Positions 20,079 through 29,943 of a stretch of 64,000 bases of DNA are shown here, piece after piece. Below the pieces are notes generated by a model. The model ran no database searches and was not told the origin of the DNA. It saw only the letters and a list, made by a program, of their open reading frames with translations. The DNA comes from Candidatus Woesearchaeota archaeon (GTDB lineage Archaea; Nanobdellota; Nanobdellia; SCGC-AAA011-G17; PNOQ01). Location of the stretch: assembly GCA_964481835.1 (NCBI GenBank), contig CAYZTT010000002.1, positions 7,533 through 71,532 on the forward strand. The letters are read 5' to 3'. The position numbers were made by a program, and so were the translations under genes. The stretch's first letter is position 1. Each line of letters begins with the position of its first letter.

Positions 20079-20152
20079 GGGCCTGTAGTTTAATCTGGAT
20101 AGAACTTTCGGTTTCGGCCCGAAGGATCCCGGTTCAAATCCGGGCAGGCCCG
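20079..20152 (+). tRNA. tRNA-Arg (anticodon TCG)
   Basis: acceptor GGGCCTG/CAGGCCC; D stem GTTT/GAAC; anticodon stem TTCGG/CCGAA with loop TTTCGGC; T arm CCCGG-TTCAAAT-CCGGG; discriminator G; no encoded CCA. Confidence 0.85.
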
Positions 20153-20160
20153 CTTTTTTT
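20153..20160 (+). terminator. oligo-T tract (CTTTTTTT) after the tRNA
   Basis: archaeal oligo-T termination signal. Confidence 0.4.
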
Positions 20161-20190
20161 GATTAAAGTTATAGAAAACTATTTAATTCT

Positions 20191-20538
20191 GTGAATCTTT
20201 TTTGGAGGGTGATACAAATGGATAAAAAAATAATAATTGCAATTTTTGTGTTTGGTTTAGTTGCCACTGCCCCCGCAGTTAACGCAGGTTTTTGGGATTG
20301 GATGAAAGGCAATGCTGGTTCGAGTGATCAAGCCAGTTTAGAACCAGCGGCAACTAGTGATGGTGGAAGTCAAGGTGGTGGCGGAGGAACTGTCCCCCCA
20401 GATATAGTGGCCATCCATGACCTCCCGGGAAATGCAGTAATCTCAGACTATTTGGTTTTGAAATCTGAGGATGGAAGCTATTGGAAAGTCTCCATAGATA
20501 ACGAGGGGAATCTAAACACAGAAAAACTAGGCATATAA
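20191..20538 (+). CDS. small secreted protein (likely start at MDKK, 20218)
   Basis: signal peptide IIIAIFVFGLVATAPAVNA; Gly-rich segment. Confidence 0.5.
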   Translation: MNLFWRVIQMDKKIIIAIFVFGLVATAPAVNAGFWDWMKGNAGSSDQASLEPAATSDGGSQGGGGGTVPPDIVAIHDLPGNAVISDYLVLKSEDGSYWKVSIDNEGNLNTEKLGI

Positions 20539-20572
20539 AAAAACTTATTAACCTTTATTTTCTATTTTTATT

Positions 20573-20926
20573 ATGAAAGAAGAGCTAAGAAAGGTAATTG
20601 TATCTGGAATTGTTATTATATTGGGTTTAATTTTGTTGAAATTCCTGCCAATGTTTATTTTTGGGAGCGATATCTTGTATGATGCTTCGGCACATCTTTC
20701 TGTAGCAATTTTTATTTTGTATGCCCTATGGTTTTTTATAGATCAAAATAAAAGCTGGAGGATTCCGTTTTTTATATTTGCTTTTATGGTTTTAACTATT
20801 ATTTCTGTACAACGGATTGTTAGCGATAACCATAATGATATTGGTTTACTCCTAGGCTTGATTTTGGGAGTTATTAGTATTTTTGTAGCTGAGTGGAGAA
20901 AGGTTAAGAATAAATTAAGGTTCTAG
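20573..20926 (+). CDS. membrane protein (117 aa, 4 TM)
   Basis: hydrophobic helices. Confidence 0.5.
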   Translation: MKEELRKVIVSGIVIILGLILLKFLPMFIFGSDILYDASAHLSVAIFILYALWFFIDQNKSWRIPFFIFAFMVLTIISVQRIVSDNHNDIGLLLGLILGVISIFVAEWRKVKNKLRF

Positions 20927-20967
20927 GAATAAAAAGTTTTAAAAGTTAGTTTTTATCAAAGAGTTCT

Positions 20968-22407
20968 ATGAAAAAGCAGAGTCAAGAAGGAATAACTGTT
21001 AAGAAATCTGAGAATTTTTCTGAATGGTACACTCAAGTTATCCAAAAGGCAGATTTAATTGATTATACTAAGGTTTCTGGGGCAATGGTTCTAAAACCTA
21101 TGGGCTATGCGCTTTGGGAAAATGCAGTAAGTTATTTTGATAAAAAGATTAAGAAAGATGGGGTAAAGAATGTTTCATTTCCATCTTTGATTCCTGAATC
21201 ACTATTAAAGAAAGAAAGTGACCATGTTGAAGGCTTTGCTCCAGAGGTTGCATGGGTTACTCATTCTGGGAATACTAAGTTAAAAGAGAGGCTGGCGATT
21301 AGGCCTACTTCTGAAACTATAATGTATGATTCTTATAAAAAATGGATTAGATCTTGGAAGGATCTTCCTTTAAGATTAAATCAATGGTGTAATATTGTTA
21401 GATGGGAATTTAATAATCCGGTTCCATTTTTGAGAACTAGGGAGTTTTTATGGCAAGAAGGCCATACGGTTTTTGCTACAAAGAAGGAAGCTGAGAAGGA
21501 AACAAATAAGATTTTAGGATTTTATGCGGATGTTTTTGAAGACTTGTATGCAGTCCCTGTTTTGAGGGGAATAAAATCTGAGAAAGAGAAATTTGCTGGA
21601 GCCGATTATACTTTAAGTGTTGAAACCTTGTTATCGAATGGTAAGGCAATTCAGGGGGCTACAAGCCATCACTTAGGGCAGAACTTTTCTAGGGTTTTCG
21701 ATATTAAATTTCTAGATGAGAATGAGAAGATGCAATATGCGTATCAAAATTCTTGGGGATTCTCTACTAGAAGTGTAGGTATTATGCTTGCAATACATGG
21801 GGATGATAATGGTTTAGTATTGCCTCCAAATGTTGCTCCCAATAAAGTAGTAGTAGTTCCGATTATTTTCAAGAAAGAAAAAGAGAAAGTAATGAAGAAA
21901 GCTAAGGAAGTTGCTAGTAAGTTGAAAAAATTTAACGTTCATTTCGATGATAGAGAAGATTATAGTGCGGGATGGAAGTTTAATGAGTGGGAATTAAAAG
22001 GGATTCCGGTGAGGGTTGAGATTGGCCCGAAAGATGTTTCTAAAAATCAAGTGGTTTTAGTTAGAAGGGATACCCATGAAAAGAAGATTGTTAAGATTGC
22101 TGGTGTGGCCAAGGAAGTAGATAAATTGCTTGATGAAATTCAAAAAAACCTATTTGAAAGGGCCAAGAAATTTTTAGAAAGCAAACTTGTTTCTGCAGAT
22201 AGTGTCCAGAAGTTGAAAGAGTTGGTTGGCAAAGGGAACCTTGTTAAGGTTGAGTGGTGTGGCCATAAATCTTGCGAGGAAAATATTAAAGATAAAACTG
22301 GTGCAAAGAGTCTAAATTCTTCTTTTGATGAGAAGCCAAAATCTGGACAATGCTTTGCTTGTAAAGAGAAAGCTAAGTTTGTAACTTATTTTGGAAAGAG
22401 CTATTAA
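20968..22407 (+). CDS. proS: prolyl-tRNA synthetase, archaeal/eukaryotic type
   Basis: class II core; anticodon-binding domain; C-terminal Zn-binding extension ending ...FGKSY. Confidence 0.9.
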   Translation: MKKQSQEGITVKKSENFSEWYTQVIQKADLIDYTKVSGAMVLKPMGYALWENAVSYFDKKIKKDGVKNVSFPSLIPESLLKKESDHVEGFAPEVAWVTHSGNTKLKERLAIRPTSETIMYDSYKKWIRSWKDLPLRLNQWCNIVRWEFNNPVPFLRTREFLWQEGHTVFATKKEAEKETNKILGFYADVFEDLYAVPVLRGIKSEKEKFAGADYTLSVETLLSNGKAIQGATSHHLGQNFSRVFDIKFLDENEKMQYAYQNSWGFSTRSVGIMLAIHGDDNGLVLPPNVAPNKVVVVPIIFKKEKEKVMKKAKEVASKLKKFNVHFDDREDYSAGWKFNEWELKGIPVRVEIGPKDVSKNQVVLVRRDTHEKKIVKIAGVAKEVDKLLDEIQKNLFERAKKFLESKLVSADSVQKLKELVGKGNLVKVEWCGHKSCEENIKDKTGAKSLNSSFDEKPKSGQCFACKEKAKFVTYFGKSY

Positions 22408-22769
22408 TATCCAACCATTATTGATGCCCAATCTTTTTTTACTCTAATATTTTTTGATAGATAATCATGGAGTTTTTTTGAAGGCGATGCAGAAATCGAA
22501 TTTTCTACTTCTTGGAATGGAACTGAAGGGAATACGATTTCTTTCCCAATTTTCTTAACTATTTTTTTTGGAGGCTCTCTGAATGTGGAATCATGAAAAA
22601 CTAAAATTGCATTTTTCTTGTTTAGAACTTCATCTATCCCAATATTGTTTGCTTCATTTATCACTCTTGCTTTATTTTTTTGTTTTTCAGAAAGAAATCT
22701 AGGCTTATGCAATCCTTTTGTGAATCTTAATTTTAAGATCTGAATATATTTATGAAACTCCAGTACCAT
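22404..22769 (-). CDS. hypothetical basic protein (121 aa)
   Basis: ORF only. Confidence 0.35.
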   Translation of the reverse strand: MVLEFHKYIQILKLRFTKGLHKPRFLSEKQKNKARVINEANNIGIDEVLNKKNAILVFHDSTFREPPKKIVKKIGKEIVFPSVPFQEVENSISASPSKKLHDYLSKNIRVKKDWASIMVGY

Positions 22770-24643
22770 GGTAAATTGTTTACTTTAATTGGTTGTGTGT
22801 ATTCTTCTTCATAAAAGTTTCCTTCTTCATCTTCGAACTCAATTTTTATAGAGATCTTTTCTGCATTGAAATGTTTTGTATTTGTTGTGATTGTGAATGT
22901 TTTTGTTCCGTCAAGTTCATCGAGAACTATTGGCTGGAACCTATTCATATTCAGTGTTATATCTTTTACAGGGGTTTGTGATGAAATGGTTAGTGGAATG
23001 TCAATTGGTTCATCATAGTTTAAACTGCTGAGTCCAATTCTTGCTATTTTTACTTCTGGCTTTTCTATGAAATTTAATAATATCACTCTCTTTACATCGA
23101 TTTCTGAATTTTTTAAATTTACAACAACTGGATCGCTAGATGGGATTATAGGGAATGTGAAATCTTTTTCTGAACTCTTTGGTAAAGCAAAGTCTTCGCA
23201 ACTTTCTCCAAGACAGATCTCTAGATGATCTAGATTATCATTTATTGATCTAACATTACATTCTATGTTTGCTGCACTAAATGAATAATAATAATCCCTA
23301 TCTGGGATACAACTTAGAACTACTTGGCTTGAGAATTGATCTTCTTCGTCCACGGTCATTGAATCCACCATTTCTTCTGCCTCCGATAAAGAGATGTACT
23401 CATATCCTGCATCTGGGGAGAAAGTTATTTCTTCTGAATCTAATGAGTTAAATGTATCTCTTACTTCAATTGTTGTTGTATAAATGTATCCAGAGTCCGC
23501 ATCTTCTGGAATTTTTACAATCCAGAACATATCCTTAGTTTGTTTTGGTCCTAGGGCAACTACCTTCACGTTTTTTTCTGTTAGATCTGGTGCCTTTGTA
23601 ACTGTTAATTGGTCTGAAATGTATCCGCTAAATGGATTTACTACCCTAACTCTTATTGGGACATAACTTCCGGGGGCAACCTCTGTTTCTACTGCATGAA
23701 GATTTATGTCAAACACTTGTTCCATTTCATCACCCATCGAGGTTATTTCTCCTTGGCTAGTTATCTCTCCAGTTTCTAAGCTTAAATCCCCATTTGCCTC
23801 CCAGTTGTATGTTATTGAAGAAGAACCGGCATCTGCCGTTTTTTGAAGTGCAACGTGGGTTGGATCTATCCATCCAAATTGATCGAAAGTGACATCGTAT
23901 GGAACCCACCCGTATTCTGGGTAGTAAACTTCTGCCCAACCATGGTTTCCAAAGTCACTGTATAAATTAGTATATGCGATTCCCGAAACAAATCTTGCCG
24001 GGATCCCAATAGATCGTGTCATGGAAATGAATAGAGAAGTTATCTCGTCACAAACCCCTTGTCTATTGTCTAGAACCCAAGAAGATTGTTTTGCTGCTTT
24101 TGCAGTTACGGTATTCAGATCATATTCAATGTTATTGTACACCCAATCTGCTATTTCGTGTACTGCAAGGTATGCATTATCTTCATTTGCGATTATTTCT
24201 GAAGCCTGATTGATTATATCTGAGTTTATATCAATTATTTCCGAAGCTTGTACGTACTCTGTGTATTCTTCAGGAATTTCAGAATATGGAAAGTTGATAT
24301 CTGGTACGTGGAATAATCTATTTTGAGTTTTTACAACAGAATCATAACCAAATTGGTAACTTGGTGCTTGCTCTGTCCAAGTAAACCTCAGAGAAGAACT
24401 GTCTTTGTCTGCTTCCGCAGTTGGCGAGGAGGATTCTGAAAATGTGTTTACTGTTTGTATTGGGTCTTCTAGGGGAACTAAATAAACGTTTGCGTTAAGA
24501 TTGTTTAGTGAGCCTGGCCCGGAAAGGAAAATCTCTGAATCTAATGAGAAATCGATTGTTAGTTCATTATAGTAATTATAGTTTGTTGCAAGAGTTAATG
24601 GCAGGATTAAGAGTATTATTGTAAAAGTGAGTAGTTTTTTCAT
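22733..24643 (-). CDS. secreted transglutaminase-like cysteine protease domain protein
   Basis: signal peptide; GVCDEITSLF (catalytic Cys) ... GNHGWAEVY (His) ... D triad; 636 aa. Confidence 0.75.
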   Translation of the reverse strand: MKKLLTFTIILLILPLTLATNYNYYNELTIDFSLDSEIFLSGPGSLNNLNANVYLVPLEDPIQTVNTFSESSSPTAEADKDSSSLRFTWTEQAPSYQFGYDSVVKTQNRLFHVPDINFPYSEIPEEYTEYVQASEIIDINSDIINQASEIIANEDNAYLAVHEIADWVYNNIEYDLNTVTAKAAKQSSWVLDNRQGVCDEITSLFISMTRSIGIPARFVSGIAYTNLYSDFGNHGWAEVYYPEYGWVPYDVTFDQFGWIDPTHVALQKTADAGSSSITYNWEANGDLSLETGEITSQGEITSMGDEMEQVFDINLHAVETEVAPGSYVPIRVRVVNPFSGYISDQLTVTKAPDLTEKNVKVVALGPKQTKDMFWIVKIPEDADSGYIYTTTIEVRDTFNSLDSEEITFSPDAGYEYISLSEAEEMVDSMTVDEEDQFSSQVVLSCIPDRDYYYSFSAANIECNVRSINDNLDHLEICLGESCEDFALPKSSEKDFTFPIIPSSDPVVVNLKNSEIDVKRVILLNFIEKPEVKIARIGLSSLNYDEPIDIPLTISSQTPVKDITLNMNRFQPIVLDELDGTKTFTITTNTKHFNAEKISIKIEFEDEEGNFYEEEYTQPIKVNNLPWYWSFINIFRS

Positions 24644-25674
24644 TTTATATTCTCCTTAAGCCTTTCTAGAAATTCTTCAAAATCGCGTTTCTTTATTCCT
24701 GCACCACATGCATGGTCGTGTCCCCCTCCGAAACCATCTAATCCTTCCAAGGATTTTTCTAGTGCATCTCTTATGTTGATCTTTGTGGTTCTTAAGCTCA
24801 TTATTACTTCATCCTCTTTTACTCTTTTTACCATTATTACTTTTTTTGGATATTTATAAATTAGATAGTTGGAGACTATTGCAGTATAGGCATTGGTTGT
24901 TTTTGGTGCCTCCACTATATGCAGTTTTTCTTTGGTTGGCTCTTGTTTATCTATTTCTTGCATTATTTTTTCATATTCTTTTGCTTGTTTCTGGATTGAT
25001 TTCAGAATATATTTTGCTTGAGGGGTCTTTTCCTCTAATAATTCGTTTGGATCTTCTATCTTTAGTAATAGGTTTGCTGCCCGATTTACTTGTGATGTTG
25101 AATTTTTTAGGATTAGTGCGAAAATTCTGATTAAATTTCCAAGTTTTGAATCGAAAACTATTTCTGGGGGAGAGTTCATATTCTTTGGCAGTATGTTTGG
25201 GTATTTCTCTGAGAATTCTTTTGCGTATTCTGGGACATGCCAGTCGGATATACTCCCTAGTGTTCCAAGAAATAATTCTTTTTCTTCTGCGATTTTATAC
25301 ATTAAATATGTTGTTGGCAATCCTTCCCCTTCTTTCTTATCTTTTGGATTGAAATAATGAACTCCTTTTCTTTTTAGTGGAGGGTGGTGGTCAAGCCATA
25401 GAATTGGAACATTTACCTTGTTAATGAATTCTTGGGTTACTATTGGAATATCTAAAATAATTACTAGGTCTGGAGAGTATTCCGTGATTTTGTGATACAT
25501 CTTCAAATCGAGTGTGGAAGTGGTCTTTAGTACTGCCCCCTTTCCTTTTTGGATGTATTTTTTCAGGATTAAGTAAGAACATAGTCCATCTGGATCATCA
25601 TCATAGAATATCAGTGGATTTTCGGATTTTTTTAGATAAGCTCTGAACTTCTCTATCTCTTTTTTTGTTATCAT
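24640..25674 (-). CDS. DHH/DHHA1-family phosphoesterase (RecJ/GAN-like or nanoRNase-like)
   Basis: DDDPDG; LDHHPP; C-terminal GGGHDHACG; 4-nt overlap with the downstream transglutaminase-like gene. Confidence 0.75.
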   Translation of the reverse strand: MITKKEIEKFRAYLKKSENPLIFYDDDPDGLCSYLILKKYIQKGKGAVLKTTSTLDLKMYHKITEYSPDLVIILDIPIVTQEFINKVNVPILWLDHHPPLKRKGVHYFNPKDKKEGEGLPTTYLMYKIAEEKELFLGTLGSISDWHVPEYAKEFSEKYPNILPKNMNSPPEIVFDSKLGNLIRIFALILKNSTSQVNRAANLLLKIEDPNELLEEKTPQAKYILKSIQKQAKEYEKIMQEIDKQEPTKEKLHIVEAPKTTNAYTAIVSNYLIYKYPKKVIMVKRVKEDEVIMSLRTTKINIRDALEKSLEGLDGFGGGHDHACGAGIKKRDFEEFLERLKENIK

Positions 25675-25705
25675 AAGAATAGTTTAAAAATAATGTTTAT
25701 AAAAG

Positions 25706-26287
25706 TTACTTTGAACGACCTTTATTTGCCCTTCTACTTGGCCTTATTTTCTCAGCACCTTTTCCTTTCTTTGAAAGTCCTCTAGATTTCTTAGCTGCGC
25801 TTGTTAGGCCGTGTGTTACTCGTTTTTTGTTGGCTTTTCTTCCTAACATCTTTAGTTTTCTGTCAGATTTGATTTGTGGATGTTCTGGGTCAATCATGAT
25901 TATCTCAAACCAATAATGTCTCCCATCTTTTCCTACCTTGTAAGAGTTTAGAACTTCTAAGTTTTTGTAGAATTTTTGTGCCCTTTGTTCTGCTACCCAT
26001 TGATAGGACATTCCCACAATCTTTTTTCTTCTTGCTGCTTTTGATCTTCGCCCTTTCTTTATTTGCTCTCTTTTTCTTCCGCCCCTAATTACTCGTACTC
26101 TGACTGTAATGAAACCTTGCTTTGCTTTGTAACCAATTGATCTTGCTGAAGAAATATTTGTAGGTTTATCTATCCTTAATATCGCAGGATCTTTTCTCCA
26201 TTCTATTAATCTGTCCCTCATTAGAGACTTTTCTGGAGATTTCCATAGGTTTCTTAATAACTTGTACATGATAAGAATTTGGGGCAA
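25706..26287 (-). CDS. rpl15e: ribosomal protein L15e
   Basis: basic 193 aa; L15e-like WRKDPAILRIDKPT and GYKAKQGF segments. Confidence 0.85.
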   Translation of the reverse strand: MPQILIMYKLLRNLWKSPEKSLMRDRLIEWRKDPAILRIDKPTNISSARSIGYKAKQGFITVRVRVIRGGRKREQIKKGRRSKAARRKKIVGMSYQWVAEQRAQKFYKNLEVLNSYKVGKDGRHYWFEIIMIDPEHPQIKSDRKLKMLGRKANKKRVTHGLTSAAKKSRGLSKKGKGAEKIRPSRRANKGRSK

Positions 26288-26311
26288 AGATTTGTTTATA
26301 AAGGTTTCTGA

Positions 26312-26743
26312 TTAAGAATTCTCCCTCTCCTTCTTTATCTGTGCCAATCTTGTTTGGTATTCCCATAATGGAACTTCTTCTACACTGTGCGAATATCTCT
26401 TCAAGTGGAATTCGCTTGATTGAGCAGAGCCATATATTACTCTGCCGGATTCTCCCACAAAAAAATAAGTCCCCATCCCCTCTACTGCGGACCCACTTGT
26501 CCTTGCAGCTAGGCCTGATTTGTCCTTTCCCACATCATAATTAATATCTAAATCGCAAAATTTACTCTTTGGATAAAAAACCTCTCCTAGCTTTTCAAGT
26601 ATTTCAAATCCCTCGCCTTCTAGAAACCTCTGTTCGGATTGGGTGATCCCTTCATGATCTCCTTCAACTATATCTACAAGAGTAGGTTTTCTGTTTTCTG
26701 GAATCAAAGCATCAGGAATCGCTGCCATCTTCATCCTCCTCAA
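26312..26743 (-). CDS. hypothetical protein (143 aa)
   Basis: ORF adjacent to rpl15e; no confident domain call. Confidence 0.4.
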   Translation of the reverse strand: MRRMKMAAIPDALIPENRKPTLVDIVEGDHEGITQSEQRFLEGEGFEILEKLGEVFYPKSKFCDLDINYDVGKDKSGLAARTSGSAVEGMGTYFFVGESGRVIYGSAQSSEFHLKRYSHSVEEVPLWEYQTRLAQIKKERENS

Positions 26744-26895
26744 TTACATCTATGGTTAATTGGGTTAAAGTGCCAGGTTTAAGCTTAGATTCGAGAACTC
26801 TAGGGATAACTATAATTGCTTGTTTCCCGTGTTTTGCCACCTTTTTTGTTATAACAAATCGTGCCATTTTATGTATAAGATATGTATTTACTATG

Positions 26896-26907
26896 TAGTA
26901 ACACTAA
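26896..26907 (+). promoter_or_regulatory. GTAGTAACACTA motif copy, 121 nt upstream of the 27017 ORF
   Basis: recurrent motif. Confidence 0.3.
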
Positions 26908-26949
26908 AATTAACCATATATAAGGCTTTCTATCTGTTATTTTCAATAA

Positions 26950-26961
26950 GTAGTAACAAAA
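26950..26961 (+). promoter_or_regulatory. GTAGTAACAAAA motif copy, 67 nt upstream of the 27017 ORF
   Basis: recurrent motif. Confidence 0.3.
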
Positions 26962-27016
26962 TCAGCTTGTCAGGCACACAAAATAAGTATTTAAATGCCT
27001 TAAAACAACCAAATTT

Positions 27017-28213
27017 ATGAAAAAGAGTGGGTATTCTCAGAGGGATCTGATTAAGTTTAATTTTGCTAGTTTGGACCTACAGAGCCTAGATTTCTTTGGA
27101 AATTCTCCTCCGGCAGTTTTTGTTGGTCGATTTGGCTATCCGAAAGTAAATGTGGGCGTTTTGAGCCCGGTGCAAAAGGAAAAAGAATCTTATTTAATGG
27201 ATAATCCAAAAGAATGGGTTAAACAGGGTTTGAAAGACCACGAAATTTTAAGGTTGAGGGCACAATTAGTTAATGCGAGATTCCAGAGTTCTGTGAAAAA
27301 TTTTGATAATCGATTAACAGATCTAAGTCAGGAAGTAGGGATGGCACACAAGCCAGTGGATATGGAAGTTTTTCTAAAAAATAAACCAAAGAATTTACTT
27401 AAGATGGAAAATGTTGCCAAGCCATTAAGCAATAATGCAAATGTCAGGAATATTAAACTAACCGAAAATCCAAGTGTAAAAACTGCGGTTGAAAAAACAG
27501 TTGGAGATGGAGATATGAAATCTGTTGAAGGATTGTACAAGTTATACAATAAAGGAATGGATGAGAATTTTCTGAGTAAGATCCTATCTATTGGTTTATT
27601 AGGAAAACAAAAGAACAGGAGACTTGTTCCGACAAGATGGAGTATTACTGCAACGGATGACACATTAGGAAAAGAGTTATTGAAAGATATTAGATTCTTC
27701 AAGGAAATAGATTATCAAGTTTATTTTTCGGGATACCTAGGAAACTATTACATGATAATGTTTTTTCCGGACATCTGGGGTTTTGAATTATTCGAAATGG
27801 AAGTTCCATTAAGGCCAAGCCCATGGAGTAAGACTGGAAAATTTTATGGAACTGATTACGAAGATTATTTTGGAAAGAAAACATATGCTGAAGAGTGTGC
27901 TGGAGGATACTATGCCGCAAGGTTAAGCATCTTAGAAAAACTACATGAATTAAGAAAGCAAGGCGCAGTCATAGTTTTTAGATTTGTTACTAATGAAGAT
28001 AAATATCCCCTAGGAGTTTGGGTGTGTAGGGAGGCAAGTAGGATGTCTTTGAGAAATAATGTCCCTTTGGAATTTGAGGATAAAGATTCCTTGATGAACT
28101 ATGTTCGAGCAAAAATAATGAAAGATTTTAAAGTTGATGTAAATATGCTGTTTGGAGTTAGTAAGCTAATGCATAGAAAAAGTAAACAAAAAAGATTGGC
28201 AAGTTACATTTAA
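27017..28213 (+). CDS. conserved hypothetical protein (398 aa); Nre-like is only a guess
   Basis: long ORF with two upstream motif copies; no motif I can name with certainty. Confidence 0.45.
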   Translation: MKKSGYSQRDLIKFNFASLDLQSLDFFGNSPPAVFVGRFGYPKVNVGVLSPVQKEKESYLMDNPKEWVKQGLKDHEILRLRAQLVNARFQSSVKNFDNRLTDLSQEVGMAHKPVDMEVFLKNKPKNLLKMENVAKPLSNNANVRNIKLTENPSVKTAVEKTVGDGDMKSVEGLYKLYNKGMDENFLSKILSIGLLGKQKNRRLVPTRWSITATDDTLGKELLKDIRFFKEIDYQVYFSGYLGNYYMIMFFPDIWGFELFEMEVPLRPSPWSKTGKFYGTDYEDYFGKKTYAEECAGGYYAARLSILEKLHELRKQGAVIVFRFVTNEDKYPLGVWVCREASRMSLRNNVPLEFEDKDSLMNYVRAKIMKDFKVDVNMLFGVSKLMHRKSKQKRLASYI

Positions 28214-28249
28214 CAAAACTTTTAAATAAACTCTAAATTCTAGATTAAT

Positions 28250-28813
28250 ATGGTTTTGATTACCTTGTCTGAGATTTTGAAGTTATTAATTATGACAATT
28301 GTACTTGGAATAATTTTTATGGGCTTATTTTCAAGAAAGCCAAAGACTATTTATCATATGATGCGAAAGAAGAGATTTAATTGGGATGATCTCTGGTTTG
28401 CAATTATGATCTCTGCGCCCGCGATTGTTTTGCATGAGTTAGCACATAAGTTTATGGCAATGGGTTTTGGGTATAGTGCAAGTTTTGAGATTTTTCCACT
28501 AGGGCTAGGCCTGGGATTATTATTGAGATTGCTAAATTCTCCGTTTTTAATCATTGCTCCAGGTTATGTAACTATTCCTGCTGCGGCCGCCACAACTGAA
28601 TGGGTATATAGATTAATTGCTTTTGCAGGTCCGCTAACAAATCTTATGATCTGGTTTGTTGCATTTATGATGGTAAGAACTAGGAAGTATAAAATGTCTC
28701 ATTCTGCCTTGAATTTTTGGTTACTAACTAGAAATATTAACCTAGTATTGTTTATATTCAATATGATTCCATTTGGACCATTAGATGGGGCAAAGGTATT
28801 TTTCGGGCCTTAA
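28250..28813 (+). CDS. minimal site-2-protease (M50) family membrane metalloprotease
   Basis: HELAHKF in a TM helix; C-terminal PFGPLDG motif. Confidence 0.65.
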   Translation: MVLITLSEILKLLIMTIVLGIIFMGLFSRKPKTIYHMMRKKRFNWDDLWFAIMISAPAIVLHELAHKFMAMGFGYSASFEIFPLGLGLGLLLRLLNSPFLIIAPGYVTIPAAAATTEWVYRLIAFAGPLTNLMIWFVAFMMVRTRKYKMSHSALNFWLLTRNINLVLFIFNMIPFGPLDGAKVFFGP

Positions 28814-29349
28814 GCAGTAGCTTCTGCTAGTGCGCTTGGCTCTTCTTCAGAAACTTCTTCAAGCATAACAAGCTCTTTCTGTATATTTTTAATTATTCTA
28901 GAATTATCTACTTCTTTCAGAACTTTTGCACATTCTGGGCATTTGAAGCTATTTTCTAGTGCGTGCTCAAATTTTACCCTTAGGCACCTTGAGCCACAAG
29001 TGTAGAAAGTGCTAGAATCCTCCCTTTCAAGCCTTTTCCTCAGGTTTTCTATCCTTGTGTCCTTCATTTTTTGAACCGTGGATATAGCTTGAGAGTCGTT
29101 AAATGTCCAGTAATATATGTACCAGCCCTTCCTTTTATCCTTTTTCCGGGTAAAAGTGACCAAATTATTCTCTTGAAGCCTGTATAGGGCGTTTCTAACT
29201 GCATTTATTGGTGCTTCTAGATGCTCTGCAATTAAGAATTCTGATACGTTTTCGCCCTTAGATATGACAAATCTGACTAACTCGACCGTGTCTTCTCCAG
29301 CCAATTGAGATACTAGTGTGTCTATTTGGTCTTGTGTTATGGAAGTCAT
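28810..29349 (-). CDS. tfe: transcription factor E (TFIIE-alpha homolog)
   Basis: N-terminal winged helix; C-terminal Zn ribbon C ... C ... CPEC; 179 aa. Confidence 0.6.
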   Translation of the reverse strand: MTSITQDQIDTLVSQLAGEDTVELVRFVISKGENVSEFLIAEHLEAPINAVRNALYRLQENNLVTFTRKKDKRKGWYIYYWTFNDSQAISTVQKMKDTRIENLRKRLEREDSSTFYTCGSRCLRVKFEHALENSFKCPECAKVLKEVDNSRIIKNIQKELVMLEEVSEEEPSALAEATA

Positions 29350-29484
29350 TTTGTACCATCAAGTATTTCATGCACTTACTTATTTAAAAATTTTGTCCTT
29401 TATAAAGTTTACTACATCGGAATGGTAAAGAAATTTTAAATAGTGTAAAATTGAGAAGTTAATCTAACCGTTGGAGGTGTAATT

Positions 29485-29937
29485 ATGCCATTCTTAAAGA
29501 AAAACAAAGGAGATGACGTGAATTTGGGTTTGGACGTCCCTAATTTTAATCCCGGAGAATCAAAAGAGAAAGCTCCTGAAGTTTCTAAAGTTCCAAGTTA
29601 TCAACATGAGTTTGGAACTATAAAAAAAGAGGTAAATAAACCAATAATAGCTCAACCTAGACAGCAACCTCGGGTAAACATCCCTGAGAGGAAACCTATT
29701 GAAAATGTAAATAGGGTTTCTGGAGATAAGCCTGTTTTTGTTAAGATAGACAATTATCAAGATGCCATGGATAATATTGATAAAGTGAAAGATATGATTG
29801 GCGATGCAGAGGACTTATTGGAGAATATTCACAAGTTAAGGGCCGATGAAGATCGAGAATTAGAAAGTTGGCACAGAAGTCTTGATAAACTAAAAGATCG
29901 ATTATTAAATGTCGATCGAAAATTGTTTGAGTTGTGA
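29485..29937 (+). CDS. hypothetical protein with Pro/Lys-rich N-terminus and coiled-coil C-terminus
   Basis: ORF only. Confidence 0.4.
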   Translation: MPFLKKNKGDDVNLGLDVPNFNPGESKEKAPEVSKVPSYQHEFGTIKKEVNKPIIAQPRQQPRVNIPERKPIENVNRVSGDKPVFVKIDNYQDAMDNIDKVKDMIGDAEDLLENIHKLRADEDRELESWHRSLDKLKDRLLNVDRKLFEL

Positions 29938-29943
29938 TATTAA

